The notes under the pieces are model-generated. The model was given only the letters and a program-made list of their open reading frames with translations, was not told the origin of the DNA and searched no databases. Source: the human T2T-CHM13v2.0 reference genome, Homo sapiens. Taken from it: a DNA stretch of 64,000 bases. Positions 1 to 12,492 of this stretch are shown one piece after another. The stretch is taken from assembly GCF_009914755.1 (NCBI RefSeq), contig NC_060935.1. One strand, 5' to 3'. Both the position numbers and the translations under genes were made by a program. Position 1 is the stretch's first letter. Each line of letters opens with the position of its first letter.

Positions 1-4
1 ATAG

Positions 5-101
5 GATCCACGTGGACTCGTGGAGCATTAAACTTGGAAGTTCTTTGCTTGCCTGACCTGATGTGGTTGTCCAACCACATCAAACACACCAGATTTCCAA
101 G
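5..101 (+). pseudogene. Fossil exon A (phase 1 to 2): STWTRGALNLEVLCLPDLMWLSNHIKHTRFP
   Basis: AG at 3-4, open frame, AAG|GTGCCA donor (weak); phase matches next island. Acceptor context is cut off by the window edge. Confidence 0.4.
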
Positions 102-287
102 GTGCCATTTTGATTGGCAGTGTGTGGATACAGCTTTGGGTAGAATGCCCAAGTGGACTGCATCCTCGGACGTCACCTGGAGCTCACTCCCTTTGACCTC
201 ATTCTGTCAGCTGCAGCACAGGGAGGATTGTTTAACCTCTGCTTTCTGATGAGTCGAGATTTGTCCTGCTGCCTTTCCACTTCTCAG

Positions 288-448
288 AGAGAAACACTTT
301 GAAGAGGTGCCAACATATCTTAATATTATCTTAAGTGATCTGGGGGTTTGTGTTAATAATATCACCAAATTGACCATGGGACATATCCAAGATCATTCCA
401 TTCCCAAATCGTCTGTTGTCGTTTGGCTTGGCATTTGTTGAGGCCAAG
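288..448 (+). pseudogene. Fossil exon B (phase 2 to 1), PDZ-like N-half: EKHFEEVPTYLNIILSDLGVCVNNITKLTMGHIQDHSIPKSSVVVWLGIC*GQ
   Basis: Acceptor ttgtcctgctgcctttccacttctcag|, donor AAG|GTGAAC, single TGA at 439-441. Confidence 0.55.
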
Positions 449-675
449 GTGAACAGGTTCAATTCCCAGGTGAGGCAGGCAGCCTCACTCTGGCCACAGA
501 TGTTTCTGTAACCCGGGCCACTGGGCCATCCACAGTGTGTGCCTCTGATGGTGGTGGGATTGTGGGAGAGGGAGGGTGTGGGTGGTTCACCGACTCTTTC
601 ACCTTAGCCACTGGGGGCAGCACAAAAGCCCGTGCTTTATGAAGAGGGGTCAGTCAATGTCGTTTTGATTTACAG

Positions 676-795
676 GGTATGTCATTTGACTATACATTTT
701 TAGTCTGCATGTTCCTCCCTTGGGCATTTTTCCCACAAAAAGAATGAAATCAGCAAATGGTGGCAAACTGGATTTAGAGTTGTGGCTTTCAAGAG
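676..795 (+). pseudogene. Fossil exon C (phase 1 to 1), PDZ-like C-half: GYVI*LYIFSLHVPPLGIFPTKRMKSANGGKLDLELWLSR
   Basis: Acceptor gttttgatttacag|; 120 nt; one TGA; donor GAG|GTTTAC is weak; MKSANGGKLDLEL resembles the PDZ final helix-strand. Confidence 0.45.
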
Positions 796-1040
796 GTTTA
801 CTTGTCACTCCAAAGAGCTGATTTTACAATATGGGTTTCTTGCCAATAAGTAGCAGAGTCTTCTTAGTCATGTGGTGTGAAACACCAGGCTCTGGAGCTG
901 GAACTTGGAAGGGAATTCCAGGCAGGGGCAACGGCACAAGCTAAGGGGTGAGAAAAGTGAAGTGGATTAGTTTGGGGAGGAGTGGCTGGGCCAGCCGCAG
1001 GCAGGTAGTATGAGCAAAGCTCTCATTTTTATTTTAACAG

Positions 1041-1284
1041 CTCCCAAGGAAAGATTGCTACTGTTTCAAATGCCTGAAACTGTAAACTGTGGATTTATAT
1101 TGTCAGTCAATAATGGGGCTCAGACAAGGAAAAGAAGAAGAAAAATTTAATCCATTTTACATTCAGTTATATCTGGTTACTAATAATAATTACACATTTT
1201 CAACGATTACAACCTCCTACACCAGTTATGTTTTATGACTTCCCGTGATTATCTAAAACATGTTTCACAATTCTTGATGTTCGT
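1041..1284 (+). pseudogene. Fossil exon D, begins (A)PKERLLLFQMPETVNCGFILSVNNG (second PDZ-like start)
   Basis: Strong acceptor tctcatttttattttaacag|, donor CGT|GTAAGA; phase-1 start matches exon C; stops and probable frameshifts internally. Confidence 0.5.
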
Positions 1285-1522
1285 GTAAGAACACTAAAGG
1301 TTTACATTTCAGATGGGTAAAAAACAAGCCTGTCAAAGCAGTTTGACAGGAAGACAGCCCTTATCTCTTTCTATGAAGTGGCAACTGAGAAATTTGTCAC
1401 CTAAGAAGAGCATAATCATGTTTAGTTTTACTGAGACCTTATCTCAATCTGACTTGCAAGCATATAGATTCTTTAACTACCTAGATTGTAAACAATTTTT
1501 ATCCTCCAGCTTCTCTCATTAG

Positions 1523-1630
1523 GCAAGAAAAGCATTTTACAGCGTAATGCCTGAATAAACAAAAGCACTTTTAGGTCCAAGTGATTTTCTTCCATTTGTC
1601 TTTAATTAAAGCTGATTTGCTTCTTAAAAG
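1523..1630 (+). pseudogene. Fossil exon E (108 nt; frame uncertain)
   Basis: Acceptor ttttatcctccagcttctctcattag|, donor AAG|GTGATT; stops in all frames. Confidence 0.4.
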
Positions 1631-1643
1631 GTGATTCATTTCT

Positions 1644-1708
1644 CATATATATACACACATATATATATACACATATATATACATATATATACACATATAT
1701 ATACACAC

Positions 1709-1770
<62 letters not shown>

Positions 1771-1792
1771 GTATCTTTTTTTTTTTTTTTTT
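1644..1792. repeat. Compound (TA)n/(CA)n microsatellite plus poly-T
   Basis: Directly visible. Confidence 0.95.
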
Positions 1793-1899
1793 ACCTCAAA
1801 GAGGGGATCTATATGATTCTGGTTTTATGGAGGCTGGTATGCTTCCCCGAGACTCAAATGTGAGATGGCTTTTTACAGCCCCTGGGGTAAGCCACAACC

Positions 1900-2700
1900 C
1901 CCGACTTGCCTACAGCGTGCCTGGTTTTGCCTCTTGCTGCTCCACCGCCCCCAGCCTCATCCTGTGCCTCTTTCACTCCAGCACTGTTGACCTTGCCCTT
2001 GTTTCGAGTGCCATTCTCCTTTCCACTACTGAACTTGTATGCACAGTTTCCTCTGCCTGTAACATTCTTTTGTGTTACCTTCCTTCACTAACTACTAGTC
2101 AACTTTTTTCTCTTATTTTATCTTCTTTTTTCGGTTTTTTTTTTTTTTTTTTTTGAGACAGGGTCTCTCTCTGTCACCCAGGCTGGAGTGCAGTGTTGCC
2201 ATCATAGCTTACTGTAGCCTCAACCTCCTTGGATCAAGGGATCCTCCTGCCTCAGTCTCCTGAGTAGTTGGGACCACAGGTGCCAATACACCCAGCTAAG
2301 TTTTTAAATTTTTTGTAGACATGGAGTCTCACTGTCTTGCCCAGGCTGGTCTCAAACTCTTCGATCCTCCTGCCTCAGCCTCCCCAGGTGCTGGAATTAC
2401 AGATGTGAGTCACCACATTAGCCCTAGTCAACTTTTGTCTCAGATGTAATATTACTTCCTTGGGGAACTTACTCTGACCCCTGCCCACCTCTTGCCCTGC
2501 CCCATACACTCCAGAAGCCTCCAATTGCAGCATTTTGCTCACTTGTAACCACCTAATTGTTGACATTAATTTATTTAGCATCTGCCCTCTCTGCTAGACT
2601 GTAAGGTCCTTGGGGACAAGAACACAGCTGTTAGGTCACCACTGCACCCCCACTGTGCTTGGATGTGCTGGTGCACAGTTAATATGTGTTGGCTCCTTCA
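1900..2700 (+). mobile_element. L2 3' region interrupted by an Alu
   Basis: L2-like motifs (ctagactgtaaggtccttgggga, 3' tail remnant) on both sides of the Alu. Confidence 0.65.
2108..2423 (-). mobile_element. AluJ with internal deletions
   Basis: Poly-T, AluJ-type gagacagggtctc/atcatagcttactgtagcctc; 13-bp TSD CTAGTCAACTTTT at 2095-2107 and 2424-2436. Confidence 0.9.
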
Positions 2701-3499
2701 CATAAAATAAGTGTTTATTAAATCAGTTAAATGCATTAAAGTATTATAAAAGAATACACACTTTTAAATATTAACACTGTATACTTTAAAAATATTTAGA
2801 AACCAATATTTGATTCAATAAAGTCTACACATATTTCAGTTCCCTTTTCATTAGTCCTTAGCTGCTCCTCATCATGAGAATGTTGCTGATGTATCCTGGA
2901 CTCCTTCTCCTAAGGGCAGAAGCACCTCGGAATGGCGTTTGCTCTGTGACTTCAGCTCAATGATTTCAAGATAGTTTGGCAGTGGATGTTCTTCTATCTT
3001 AGGGCTGTGGTGGCATTTTTTTTTTTTTTTTTTTTTTTTGCCTGAGTCATGAGGGGTTTATTTATCTGCTCGTGGATTCAAATCAGAGAAATGACCTCAG
3101 TTACCTTCCTAGCTTCCAGCTAGGAATACGTCCAACATGGAATGAATGACACCTGCAAAACGGTCTTCCTTAAATCACAAGGAATAAATTTTTTCTTGTA
3201 GTCTCACAGAAGCACAGTGAAATGATTTCTCCCTTATTCTACCTTCACTAGGTGTTGCATGCCACAATGCCCCAGTAATCTGTGATTTTTATGAAGTAAG
3301 ATCAAGCTACTACCCTCAAAGAACTTATCATCTAGTCAGGCTTGAAAAGGTAAGAAGCAACTCAAGGCAGGATATGCTCAGAGATGTGTGAATTTCACAG
3401 GCAGTAAGTTCTGGAATTCAGGGGTTAGGGTGGCTTATATACAGCTTATGTTGCCCTCTGTTGGAGGAGAGGACTTTGAAGCTCTTACACCAATTTTCA

Positions 3500-4330
3500 T
3501 ATAACTAGTTCTCATTTCATTCATGTCTCTGATCTGAACCCCTCCTCAAAGAAGCCTTTCATGACCACTCTACTCTGCCTAAAACACACTCATGCACACA
3601 CACGTGTATGCACACACACACAGACACACACATAGAGACACAGACAAACACACACACATACACACTGTGCCATTATTTATCCCTTTCCCCCGCTTTATTT
3701 TCTATCTTCTCCAGGAGAATGTGAGTTCCCAGGGCAGAAAGACTTTGTCTTAATCATCACTGGGTTCCTGGCACCTAGAGGAGTGCCTAGCATATAGCAG
3801 GCACTCATTCACATCTGTTGAATGCATGGATGGGGTGGGAGTGGTGAATGAATACACAGGGAAAATAGAAATCCGGATGGAAGAAATGGCATGAGCAAAG
3901 GAACGCAGACTGGTTTAAAGTAGGCTACTTTGACAAGAGTGGGTTGCTCATTTGAGTGAACAGTGGGATAGTGGAAGGTTGGTTTATGAGGTAGGATGAG
4001 GCTGGCCCTAGAAGCCTTTGAATGGCAAGCTATGGTTGAGAGATATGTGCATTGGGCCCCAGCCTAGGTACAGACAGGGCAATAAGAGTGAAGAGGTGGG
4101 GAACGTTATGGAGAGTCCATCGGTAGGATTTGGCAAGTAACCAGATATGAGGGAAAGGGAGAGTCCAAAGAGGTTGTGTAATAGCTGTCGAACCTCCCAG
4201 AATGTTGGTGCTTCTGATAATATTAGTGAAGTCAGAAGTAGAATCTGGTTTTGCAGACAAGTTGGTGAACTCAGTTTGAGCTAGGCAGAGGCTATGGAAA
4301 TGGCAGGACATCCAGCAGAGATGACCTGCA
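3500..4330. mobile_element. L2 fragments in both orientations with (CA)n at ~3585-3665
   Basis: L2 tail gtgcctagcatatagcaggcactc...tgttgaatg; antisense L2 body 3860-4330. Confidence 0.65.
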
Positions 4331-4929
4331 GCCATAGTGCTGTCAGAGGCATGCTCCCAGGAGAGCTCAGGTCCTGTTTCCTGATGCTCCAGTGGCTATC
4401 CCTGGTTTCTACTACATTCTCCCAATAGTCTCCATCACTATAGCATCCAGTGGTTCACCTGTGCATCTCCTTTGATCCAACTAGATTTTGTTAAATCCCT
4501 CTTGCTCAGTCCCTGTGCAACCCTTTGTCCATTCTGATGAGGCTCATATCATGCCTGAGACCTGATGGCTAGGCATAGCAAGCCTTGACCCAATCCATGT
4601 CATTAATCCCAGTTGTGATCAGCTGTTTACCTCCCAGATCTTCCTCTGTTGCCCAAAGGGCCAACCCTCCAGAGAAAGAGATGTTTTCTTTCTTGATAAA
4701 GGCCAATACTTATTTAGACTGATGAACACTTTATTTTGAGAACCAAATCAAAAGTACAAGTTGTCTTTGGACCCCCTACATCTATGCCTACAATTTTCTA
4801 CCTCCAGGCCTATGTCCTGTTCTGGCTACCCTCTCCCACCCTCTATTGGAAGCCCACCCAGATCTGCCCTTCCCAGTAGGGTCCCCTTTCTTCCTCTAGT
4901 GGTCTAGTAGGCTAGGATGATTTTCAGAG

Positions 4930-5070
4930 GCCAACAGACTTTGAATTCTATCTAGGGTCTATTGCTATCTGCTAAGTGACTTTGGACAATTTACTAAATC
5001 TCTATGACCCTAATTTTCTCATCTGCCAAATGCAGAAAATGCCATCTCACTGGCTTGGTGTGGGCATCAA
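4930..5070 (+). mobile_element. MIR
   Basis: Core gtgactttggacaatttact...ttttctcatctgccaaatg. Confidence 0.7.
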
Positions 5071-5511
5071 CCAAGTCTTGTTCAGTCTTCCTCACTGCGG
5101 AGTACTGACTGCAGTGCCGGACATATCTAGGAGCATTCCACAAAAGCTAGTTTCTCTTGTGTGTGTCCTTTTTTGGGGAAAGGATTTGGTTGAGTATGGT
5201 CTAATTCATGCTAAGCTGTTAATAGCTGACACCTTGGAGCTGGACATCCCTTTACCCTAAGGAAGAGAGAAGCAATGGTGAGATTTTTAGGTACAAAAAA
5301 GAGTGTCTCTAAAATTTCAGCACAGGGAAAGGGAGAGCCCAGAGAGGTTGTCTAATCTAATGGTTGTTGAACTTCCCAGAATGTTGCTGCTTTAGCACAC
5401 TTGTTGATGCACCAGCACACTTGGCCATAAGGACACTTTTTTATCTTCTCCTTTTTAGCACATGGGCGGACACATCCTCTTTTTCTTCGAACAAAGCCGT
5501 AAATGACCTGA

Positions 5512-5695
5512 AGTAGTATTTCTGAAAGCATGCTCCTCTGTTTACCTGAGGTGCTTGTTAAAAGTTCAGATCGTCAAGCTTCATTCTTAACCCCCTGAAC
5601 CTGTCTCTTTCTGCTGGTGGGATTTGGGGATCTGCTCTATAAACAGTCTCCCCAGTGATCCATTTATACCTGAGTGACTCAGAACCACTGGGCTG
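5512..5695. mobile_element. MER5-type hAT-Charlie MITE
   Basis: acctgaggtgcttgttaaaa...cagaaccactg terminus. Confidence 0.6.
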
Positions 5696-6923
5696 GAGCC
5701 AGAAAGGGGAGAGTTTTACTGAGGTTCCAGAGTAAATCAAGAAAATCAGTAAATGTAAAATGGGTAAAATTACAAAGTTCGGGCTCTGGATGCAGCAAGA
5801 TCCTGAACAGAGACACCTAAATGTCCAGCAGAGGTCTGGCTGCCTTGGAAGACCTTCCAGGACTGATGGAACCTTACATTCTCTCAAATTCTTCAGCTTT
5901 CTTTCATCTCAGGCCTTGATTTCAGGCATCCCTGTGACTCTGGTTGGACCTGACCCTTGGGTCCTGTCCAGGTTGGATACCCTTGCTGGAAGCAGGAACT
6001 TCCCTGCCTGGCCATCAGAGAAACAGCCTAACTCGTTGTCTCAAAAGGCTGCTCCAGGACCTCCACCCTTATTCCTCTTTCCATCTTGTAAGCACTCTCC
6101 ACCTCTTTCCTTTCCCTTCATTTTCCATCTAGGTCACACATATGTCAGCGTGTGTACGCACACATACACACACGCACATGCACACATGCTGACCCCATCT
6201 TACGTGGAATCAAAGCCTGAATAATTCAATGAAACAAATGCCTGGCACACAGTAGGTGCCTAGTAAATGCTAATTCTCTTTCCCTGACTCCTTTCTATTG
6301 TCCTCTTGCTCCATTTAAATGCAAAACTGTCTGGAGAAAATGGGAGGGAGTGAGAGAAGGTATACATTATGACTAAATTCCAAAATCTGATCAGTGTGTG
6401 GGGCTGGCTGCTGGGTTTTCATGCCTGCATACCAATGAAGCTGTGTCTGGAGCAGAATAGTTTGTGCCCATAAACCGTGACCTTCATTATCCATGGAGAC
6501 GGGCAGCAGCGGCAGTCTCTGTAGAAATCTTTCCTATCCTGATTGTGGGGATGGCAGAAGCAACAAGACTATGCCATTTGTTTCAGCAGAGCTAACAAAT
6601 TCTTTCTATAGCGCTGTGCAAAGTACTCTCTTCCCCTGTTCTTTCTGGCTGGGATGGGCTTTTTTTTTCCAATTAAAAATTAAAATAGAGGCTGAATTAT
6701 ATTCGTTTCTTGGGTCTGCAATTCATGCTCCATTTCTCATAAGCAGTCTGCATTATCGTGAAGCTCATCTACTTATACTGGTTCTTGGAAAGAGCCACTT
6801 AAATCTCTGCTTGGTTAAAAATAGTTCCCTCGTGCCAGAGTGCCAGAGAATCAAGTAACAGAGTGAGATGAGGCCATGCAGCCCCATCCCCTTCCTGGGA
6901 GAGACTGCCCCCCAATGCCACCA

Positions 6924-7009
6924 ACTTGCCTCTTCCTGGGCAGCTTCAGGTCAGGAGCCACAGGTCGACTTGCCTCTTCCTGGGCAGCTTCAGAGTCAGG
7001 AGCCACAGG
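6924..7009. repeat. Tandem duplication, 41/42-bp unit x2
   Basis: acttgcctcttcctgggcagcttcag(a)gtcaggagccacagg at 6924-6964 and 6968-7009. Confidence 0.95.
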
Positions 7010-7155
7010 GAGGCAGCTTTCACTCTTAGAAAGTGCTTCTTCCTGAGTAGCCACAGTTTGCATTCCTGCTTCTTAGCTCTGCCCTTTGGGCCACACAAAT
7101 CAAATCTTTTACAAGACAGTTCTTAGGATACATGAAGACGGTTCTCTTGCCCTCT

Positions 7156-7540
7156 TGTATGGGTTGAATTGCGTTATCCAAAAAGGTATGTCGAAGTCCT
7201 AACCCCCAGTACCTCAGAATATGACTTCACTTGGAAATAGGGTCTCTGCAGATACACTTAGTTAAAATGAAGCCACACTGGCATAGGGTGGGCCTTTAAT
7301 CAAGTATGACTGGTATCCTTATCAGAAGATACACAACGGGACAACACCGTGTGAAGATGGAGGCAGAGACTGGAGTGATGCTGCCAGAAGCTATGGAATG
7401 CTGGGGGCTACCAGAAGCAGGAAAGGACAAGGAGGGATCATGGCCCTGTGAACATCCTGATTTTGGATTTCTGACCTCCAGAGGGGGGAGAGCATACATT
7501 TCAGTTGTCTTAAGACATCTAGTCTGAGCAAACTAATACA
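7156..7540 (+). mobile_element. MLT1B/C MaLR solo LTR
   Basis: tgtatgggttgaattg...aactaataca termini with typical MLT1 body. Confidence 0.85.
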
Positions 7541-7544
7541 TTCC

Positions 7545-8090
7545 CTGGGGCTTCCCTGGGCTGAACACCTCCAGTTTTTTCAACTCTTTCTCATATAATA
7601 TGGCCTCTATCCTTTTCTTTCCTTGATTTCCCTTCTTTGAGCATATTTCAAGTACCAAGCAAATCACTCTAGAAGGGGTCTGAGCTTCATGCCTTGTACT
7701 GGGCTATCACTTCTCTCATTTCTGGATTCCTTACCTCAGAGCACAGCCACTTTCTTGACAACTTCTTCATACCTCAAATTCCTTCTGAGTTTATGGTCAG
7801 CTAAGACCCATGATTCTTTTCCAAGAGTACTGCTGCTAAATCACATCTCTCAATTGGTATGACAGCTCTGTTATAATCTCTCATCATATTGATTATTGCT
7901 CTGGCCTCTTCAGATATTTTAAATCTTGAGTGGATTCACCAATGCATTAAAAATTTTTCCCCGCTGCATTGTTATATTTTTTATTTTTTTTCAGAAATCC
8001 CTTTATGTTCTCATTGAATTATTAATCATGGTAGGCTGAAGGCCAAGAACTCTAGCATATCATCAGAGATTTCTCTGTAGACTTGCTGTG
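7545..8090 (-). mobile_element. L3/CR1 relic
   Basis: gagtttatggtcagctaagaccc...ctgctgctaaatcacatctc resembles antisense L3. Confidence 0.5.
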
Positions 8091-9109
8091 AATCCATACA
8101 TTTGTTCACTCCATAACTATTTACTGGCTGCCCGGTACCTGCCAGACATTATTGTAGGCACTGAGGATTGGTGATGAAAAAGACAAATCTTGGCCCTCAT
8201 GGAGGTTAAGTTCTCATATTCTTCAACCTTTGGGATATATGTGACCATTAGTAGAATGTGTGGATACCCGGGTTTCTGCAGATACTTTATCTGTTTATAA
8301 ATGCTAGTTTCGAACCTTCTGGGTCAGGGGCCTGGTAAAACACTATTCCTGAATGAAGGATTGAATGTAGGGTTGTTCTTTCCAGCAAGCAATACGGTTC
8401 TTCTTCTTCTTGCTTTCTCTGTGACCAAGTGTAAATCTAGAGGTTTCTGTCTCATGTTGCAACCTTTCTTTCCTTTTGACCTGCTGAAGGTCAGAGCAGC
8501 CTGGGATTTGGATGGGAGGAGCAGGAGGGGAGCTGCATTCCAAGCAGGCAAGTAGAGTTAAGAATTAGGAATGAGGTAAGTGCTTCTGACTTTGGATCCT
8601 GGGGGCATCAAGCAAGATCAGCCTGGAGTTTACACAATGGAGAAAATCAGAGTGGGGAGAGAGGGCAAACTGTGGTCAATGAAGAGTTGGAGGAAAGACT
8701 TGGAGGAGGTGAGACCTGTATTGCAATATTCACGCAGATGAATTTCTTTCCCTAACATCTGACCAGGTACAAAATGCTACACATTTTGGAAGGAACCTAG
8801 ATGGATTTAGATGAATTCATGCGCCAGATGCCAATGACTGTAAGGCTTTAACAGCAGCTTTGCTGTATGGTGTCCAGCTCTCTAGTGGTCATAGCTGTTG
8901 TAGCCTCTGGCATTGATCTCTTTTCAATAGCGTCTGTGCTTCTTTTTACACGTCATTCTCCTTTCTCTTTCTTTTTCCAATTAACTAGATTATCTTTGCA
9001 TTTCCCTATTCAAATTCGGAAAGGAAAGTGTCTGACTTGTTTAAGAAAATCTAGTTAGGTGTCCATTAGATTAGGGTGGCTCTGGCACTTTAAATTCCTA
9101 CATGAACAA

Positions 9110-9360
9110 ATGAAAGCACAATGGAAACAGTAAATTGAAACTAGAAACTATGCTAATCAGAAACCACCACCTAACTTCTAGCCAATCAAAATTGCTTTTT
9201 TTGTCTTGCTTCTCCAATGCTTTATAAAAGTTTCCTCTTTTGCCCCTTCTGGCGGAATGCTAGCCCCTTGTGATCCAGTGTTACCCCAATTTATGAATCA
9301 TTGAATGCTCAAATAAACTCTTTAAAGTTTAAATGTGTGATTTTTTTTTCCTTAAAAACA
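9110..9360 (+). mobile_element. MER34-like ERV1 LTR fragment inside an old MLT1-type LTR (~8830-9430)
   Basis: gccaatc, tataaaag, aataaactctttaa U3/R/U5 pattern. Confidence 0.5.
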
Positions 9361-9649
9361 ATCTGTCCTAGTGTTACCATCAATACTATTGGACCAAATT
9401 TTGTATAGTCAGATACTTCTTTGGTCTCTGGACAGCCTGTGAATGAGCTGATCTTGGCTTATGTGCCTACTCTGCACCTGTTAGCTGCCATTCCTTGCTC
9501 ATTTGCCAAGTCTGGATGGATGATTCTACTTCTTGAACACTTTTCCTCTTCATTCATTCTGTTTCCAGGTTTCACCTCTGTTTCACTATTGTAACAGTAA
9601 ATTTACCATACTCTGTTTCACCATGAGAACAGTCAAAGATATCTTTCAG

Positions 9650-10410
9650 CCTTGGTCTTGCTTCATTTGTCATAGATCATGTCACCATAACCTTTCTAAG
9701 ATACACATATGATGATATCACATCCCTGCCTAAAACCTTTCAAAAACTCGCCATCATTTTTTAAGTAGAATGTCAAACCTCCTTTGCTTACCAATGTCAT
9801 CTCCCATTACTATCGCTCCAGCATTCATCTCTTGGCTCTTCATTTGCTCTTTATATTCAATCAAGGTGTAGCATATTATTTTGTTTTTCAAGTCTTTGTC
9901 ATGTTTTCTCCCTCTTTGAGTGCTGGGGAAACTCTTGTTTATGTTCAAAACACATCATAGGCATCACCTTCTGTGGGAAGCCTACTTTGGTAACCACCTC
10001 TGCTTCTGCCTCAGAGCTAATCACTTTCTCCTCTGTGCATTGTACATGATTCTATTGTTGTACTTATCATGCTGTATTAGAATTTCTTTATAAACACTTC
10101 TTTTTCTCCTCCTAATTAGCATGCATCCTAAGAACAGGAGCTATTTGTTATGCATATTTGCATCTCCAGCATTTACCACCAGTGCCTCAACAAATGTTTG
10201 TTGAATAAAGGAACGAATGAGAAAATGATTGAGAAGAACATAAATTAACCTATTTTATACCAGGCACTGTGCTAAGTGCTTTACATGGACTATCTCATTT
10301 AGTCCTCACAACTGGAAGATAGGAAGGGGAGGACCTTGGGGAGATCAAGGACCTTTCCCAAGGTCATGCAGCTAATAAAATGAGCACAGGTTTGTCTGAA
10401 TGCTGTTTCA
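9650..10410. mobile_element. L2 3' end (+) followed by MIR (-)
   Basis: ctcaacaaatgtttgttgaataaa L2 tail; ccaggcactgtgctaagtgctttacatg MIR. Confidence 0.75.
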
Positions 10411-10589
10411 CTGCATTAGTAGAGGGAGAGAGCTCAATAGAGACAGACTCTAGCTAAATTAAATAAATCATTTTTAGATTTTTAAATTTTGTTTTTATGA
10501 TTGGAACTATCCAAAGTGGAAATGACTACCTCCAGAGTTCCTATGTCAACAGAACATAGGAACAGCTGACTTACAGGAGGTAAGTTCCA

Positions 10590-10920
10590 GGGAGATGATG
10601 AAGTATAATTTTCAAAAGGTTAAAAAATTTCATTTTGATACCAATACAAAATGAGTGTATGTGAAAGAGTTTATTCCAGTCATTAATTAATGAGGGAACT
10701 AGTAAGATGTTAGAACTGGCTCAAATAGTGTTTAAGAAGCCAGGTATTTATAAAAAATGCTAGTAGAAGATTGCTGGGTTAGATCCAAAATGGATTAATG
10801 GCCAACAGGCCCATAATGTAATTTTAGGCATTATCATTTTCAGTGGATAGAAATTATCTGTATCTCTAGTGGACAAAATCAACAGTAGGTACCTTTGTTA
10901 AATCTGAGATTTTAAATCAA
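10590..10920 (-). mobile_element. LTR37-like ERV1 LTR
   Basis: attaattaatgagggaactagtaagatgtt motif recalled from LTR37. Confidence 0.5.
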
Positions 10921-12169
10921 TAGTAAATTATGAGTTGAACCAAATACTATCCACTAGACATTCCTCGTGTGCCCTTCACCCCACTATGGCATTGAAAGGA
11001 TGTGCCATACACCCTTTTGCCATACTTTTTCTGATAGAGCTGTACTGCTTACCTCAGCCCCAGGGGCTTCCCTAGGACATGCTGCTTCAGAGCCTGGCTG
11101 GAGGGTAGGGTCAGTGTGCAGAAATAATCCAGTGTCTTTTCTTATCACAAGGCAGGAATCTGCCCTCCCATCCCCGTGGGGAGCTAAAGGGAAGGAGAGG
11201 AGGCCTCAGCCAGAGGGCTCCATGTACTACCAGCTGGGGTTGCAGCAACTAATCCTGTAGCTCTGCTGGTAGGAGACCAGCTTTATAGCCTTACCAGTTT
11301 TCTGGGTTTTTTTTTGTTGTTTTGTTTTTAACTTTTAGTGTGACAATTTTCAAACATAAAAAAAGTAGAAAGTTTGATCTGTTCCCCAGCTCCCTCACTT
11401 TTTGGCTAGAACACATTGGCGAATCCCAAACATCATGTCATTTCACTCCTAAATTACTTTAGTTTGTACCCCCTGTCATAAACAGAAAGGGAGAGAGAGA
11501 GAAACATTTTCTTATGTAACAATGTCATTATCACACTTAACAAAATTATCAATAATTTAAGTCATCTAATTCATAGTCAATATTCAAATTTCTGTATGTG
11601 TTTTTGTAGTCCTTACTTCTAATATTTATTGCACACATAATTGAGGTCAGGCTTGTTTTAGGTGCTGGGGCCATGGTGAGGAATGCTATGGACAGGACTC
11701 CTGCCCTGGTGGGGCTTATGTTCTCGTGGTTCATAAGCTATGAAGGCCAGTCCTTCCCACAGCCTGGGGGACAAGGCCATCTTGGAGCTGGGCTTGGCTC
11801 AGTGAAGCTGCTGGGTTCTGGGGTAACTCCCATGGTGGTTGAGTACTCCCAAGACTACTAAAACAGTCAGGCCCGGGTTGCTGCATCAGTTTAGATGGTA
11901 GGTATCTTTTACTGGCTTGTACTCCAGACCTCAGCAGGAGGTGGAGTAGGTGGTTGCAGAGGCCACAGGCTGAGGACAGCAGCGTTCCTTGAGGAAGAGG
12001 AAGGGATTGGGGTCCTAGGATAGTGCCCTCCTGCTTTGGGAAGCCCAGGAGAGGAGAAGGTCCACCAGAAGAGGAACAGAACCTGAGGGCACACATATAG
12101 TGTGTAGTGGGGGAGAGGGCAGAACAATATGGTGTGAATGGGATCAACTATGGTTTAACAGGTATAGGC

Positions 12170-12459
12170 CCTTACATTTTTCTCTTATAAGTCTCATCTC
12201 GACATGTTGGGTTTAGTGGTCCAGCCTGTGAAAATCACTCTGAATTTTGATCCTGTCTGCCCCCAGCTTCCAGTTTCCTGATATCTGTCTGTGTGATAAT
12301 TATGGCTTCTGTGTCCTCATTCAAGTTGGAAATGAAAATATTGAAGAGGACAGATTAGAGAATAGAGCCTTGTGTCACTGCCTTTCTCTGGTTAATGGCA
12401 AATGTTTAATCCTAACATTGCAAACTGACAGCTATAGGTTGTATTTGGCCCACAGTTGT

Positions 12460-12492
<33 letters not shown>

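Noticed and set aside
175-215. Minus-strand acceptor tgtgctgcag giving ...DRMRSKGVSSR*
   Set aside because: Isolated site with no partner exons or recognisable product.
6-320. Alternative frame resembling TTC41/NACHT-TPR proteins (SLLA*PDV...LELTPFDL...ETL*)
   Set aside because: Needs several stops, reads through a strong acceptor at 287, and the similarity does not continue; the phase-compatible spliced model fits better.
1523-1630. VPS9-like motif (LLGPSDFLPF..LIKAD)
   Set aside because: Requires a frameshift and lacks the rest of the domain.
5760-6224. 154-aa ORF
   Set aside because: Low-complexity, ends in CA-repeat-derived residues, no motif or splice support.
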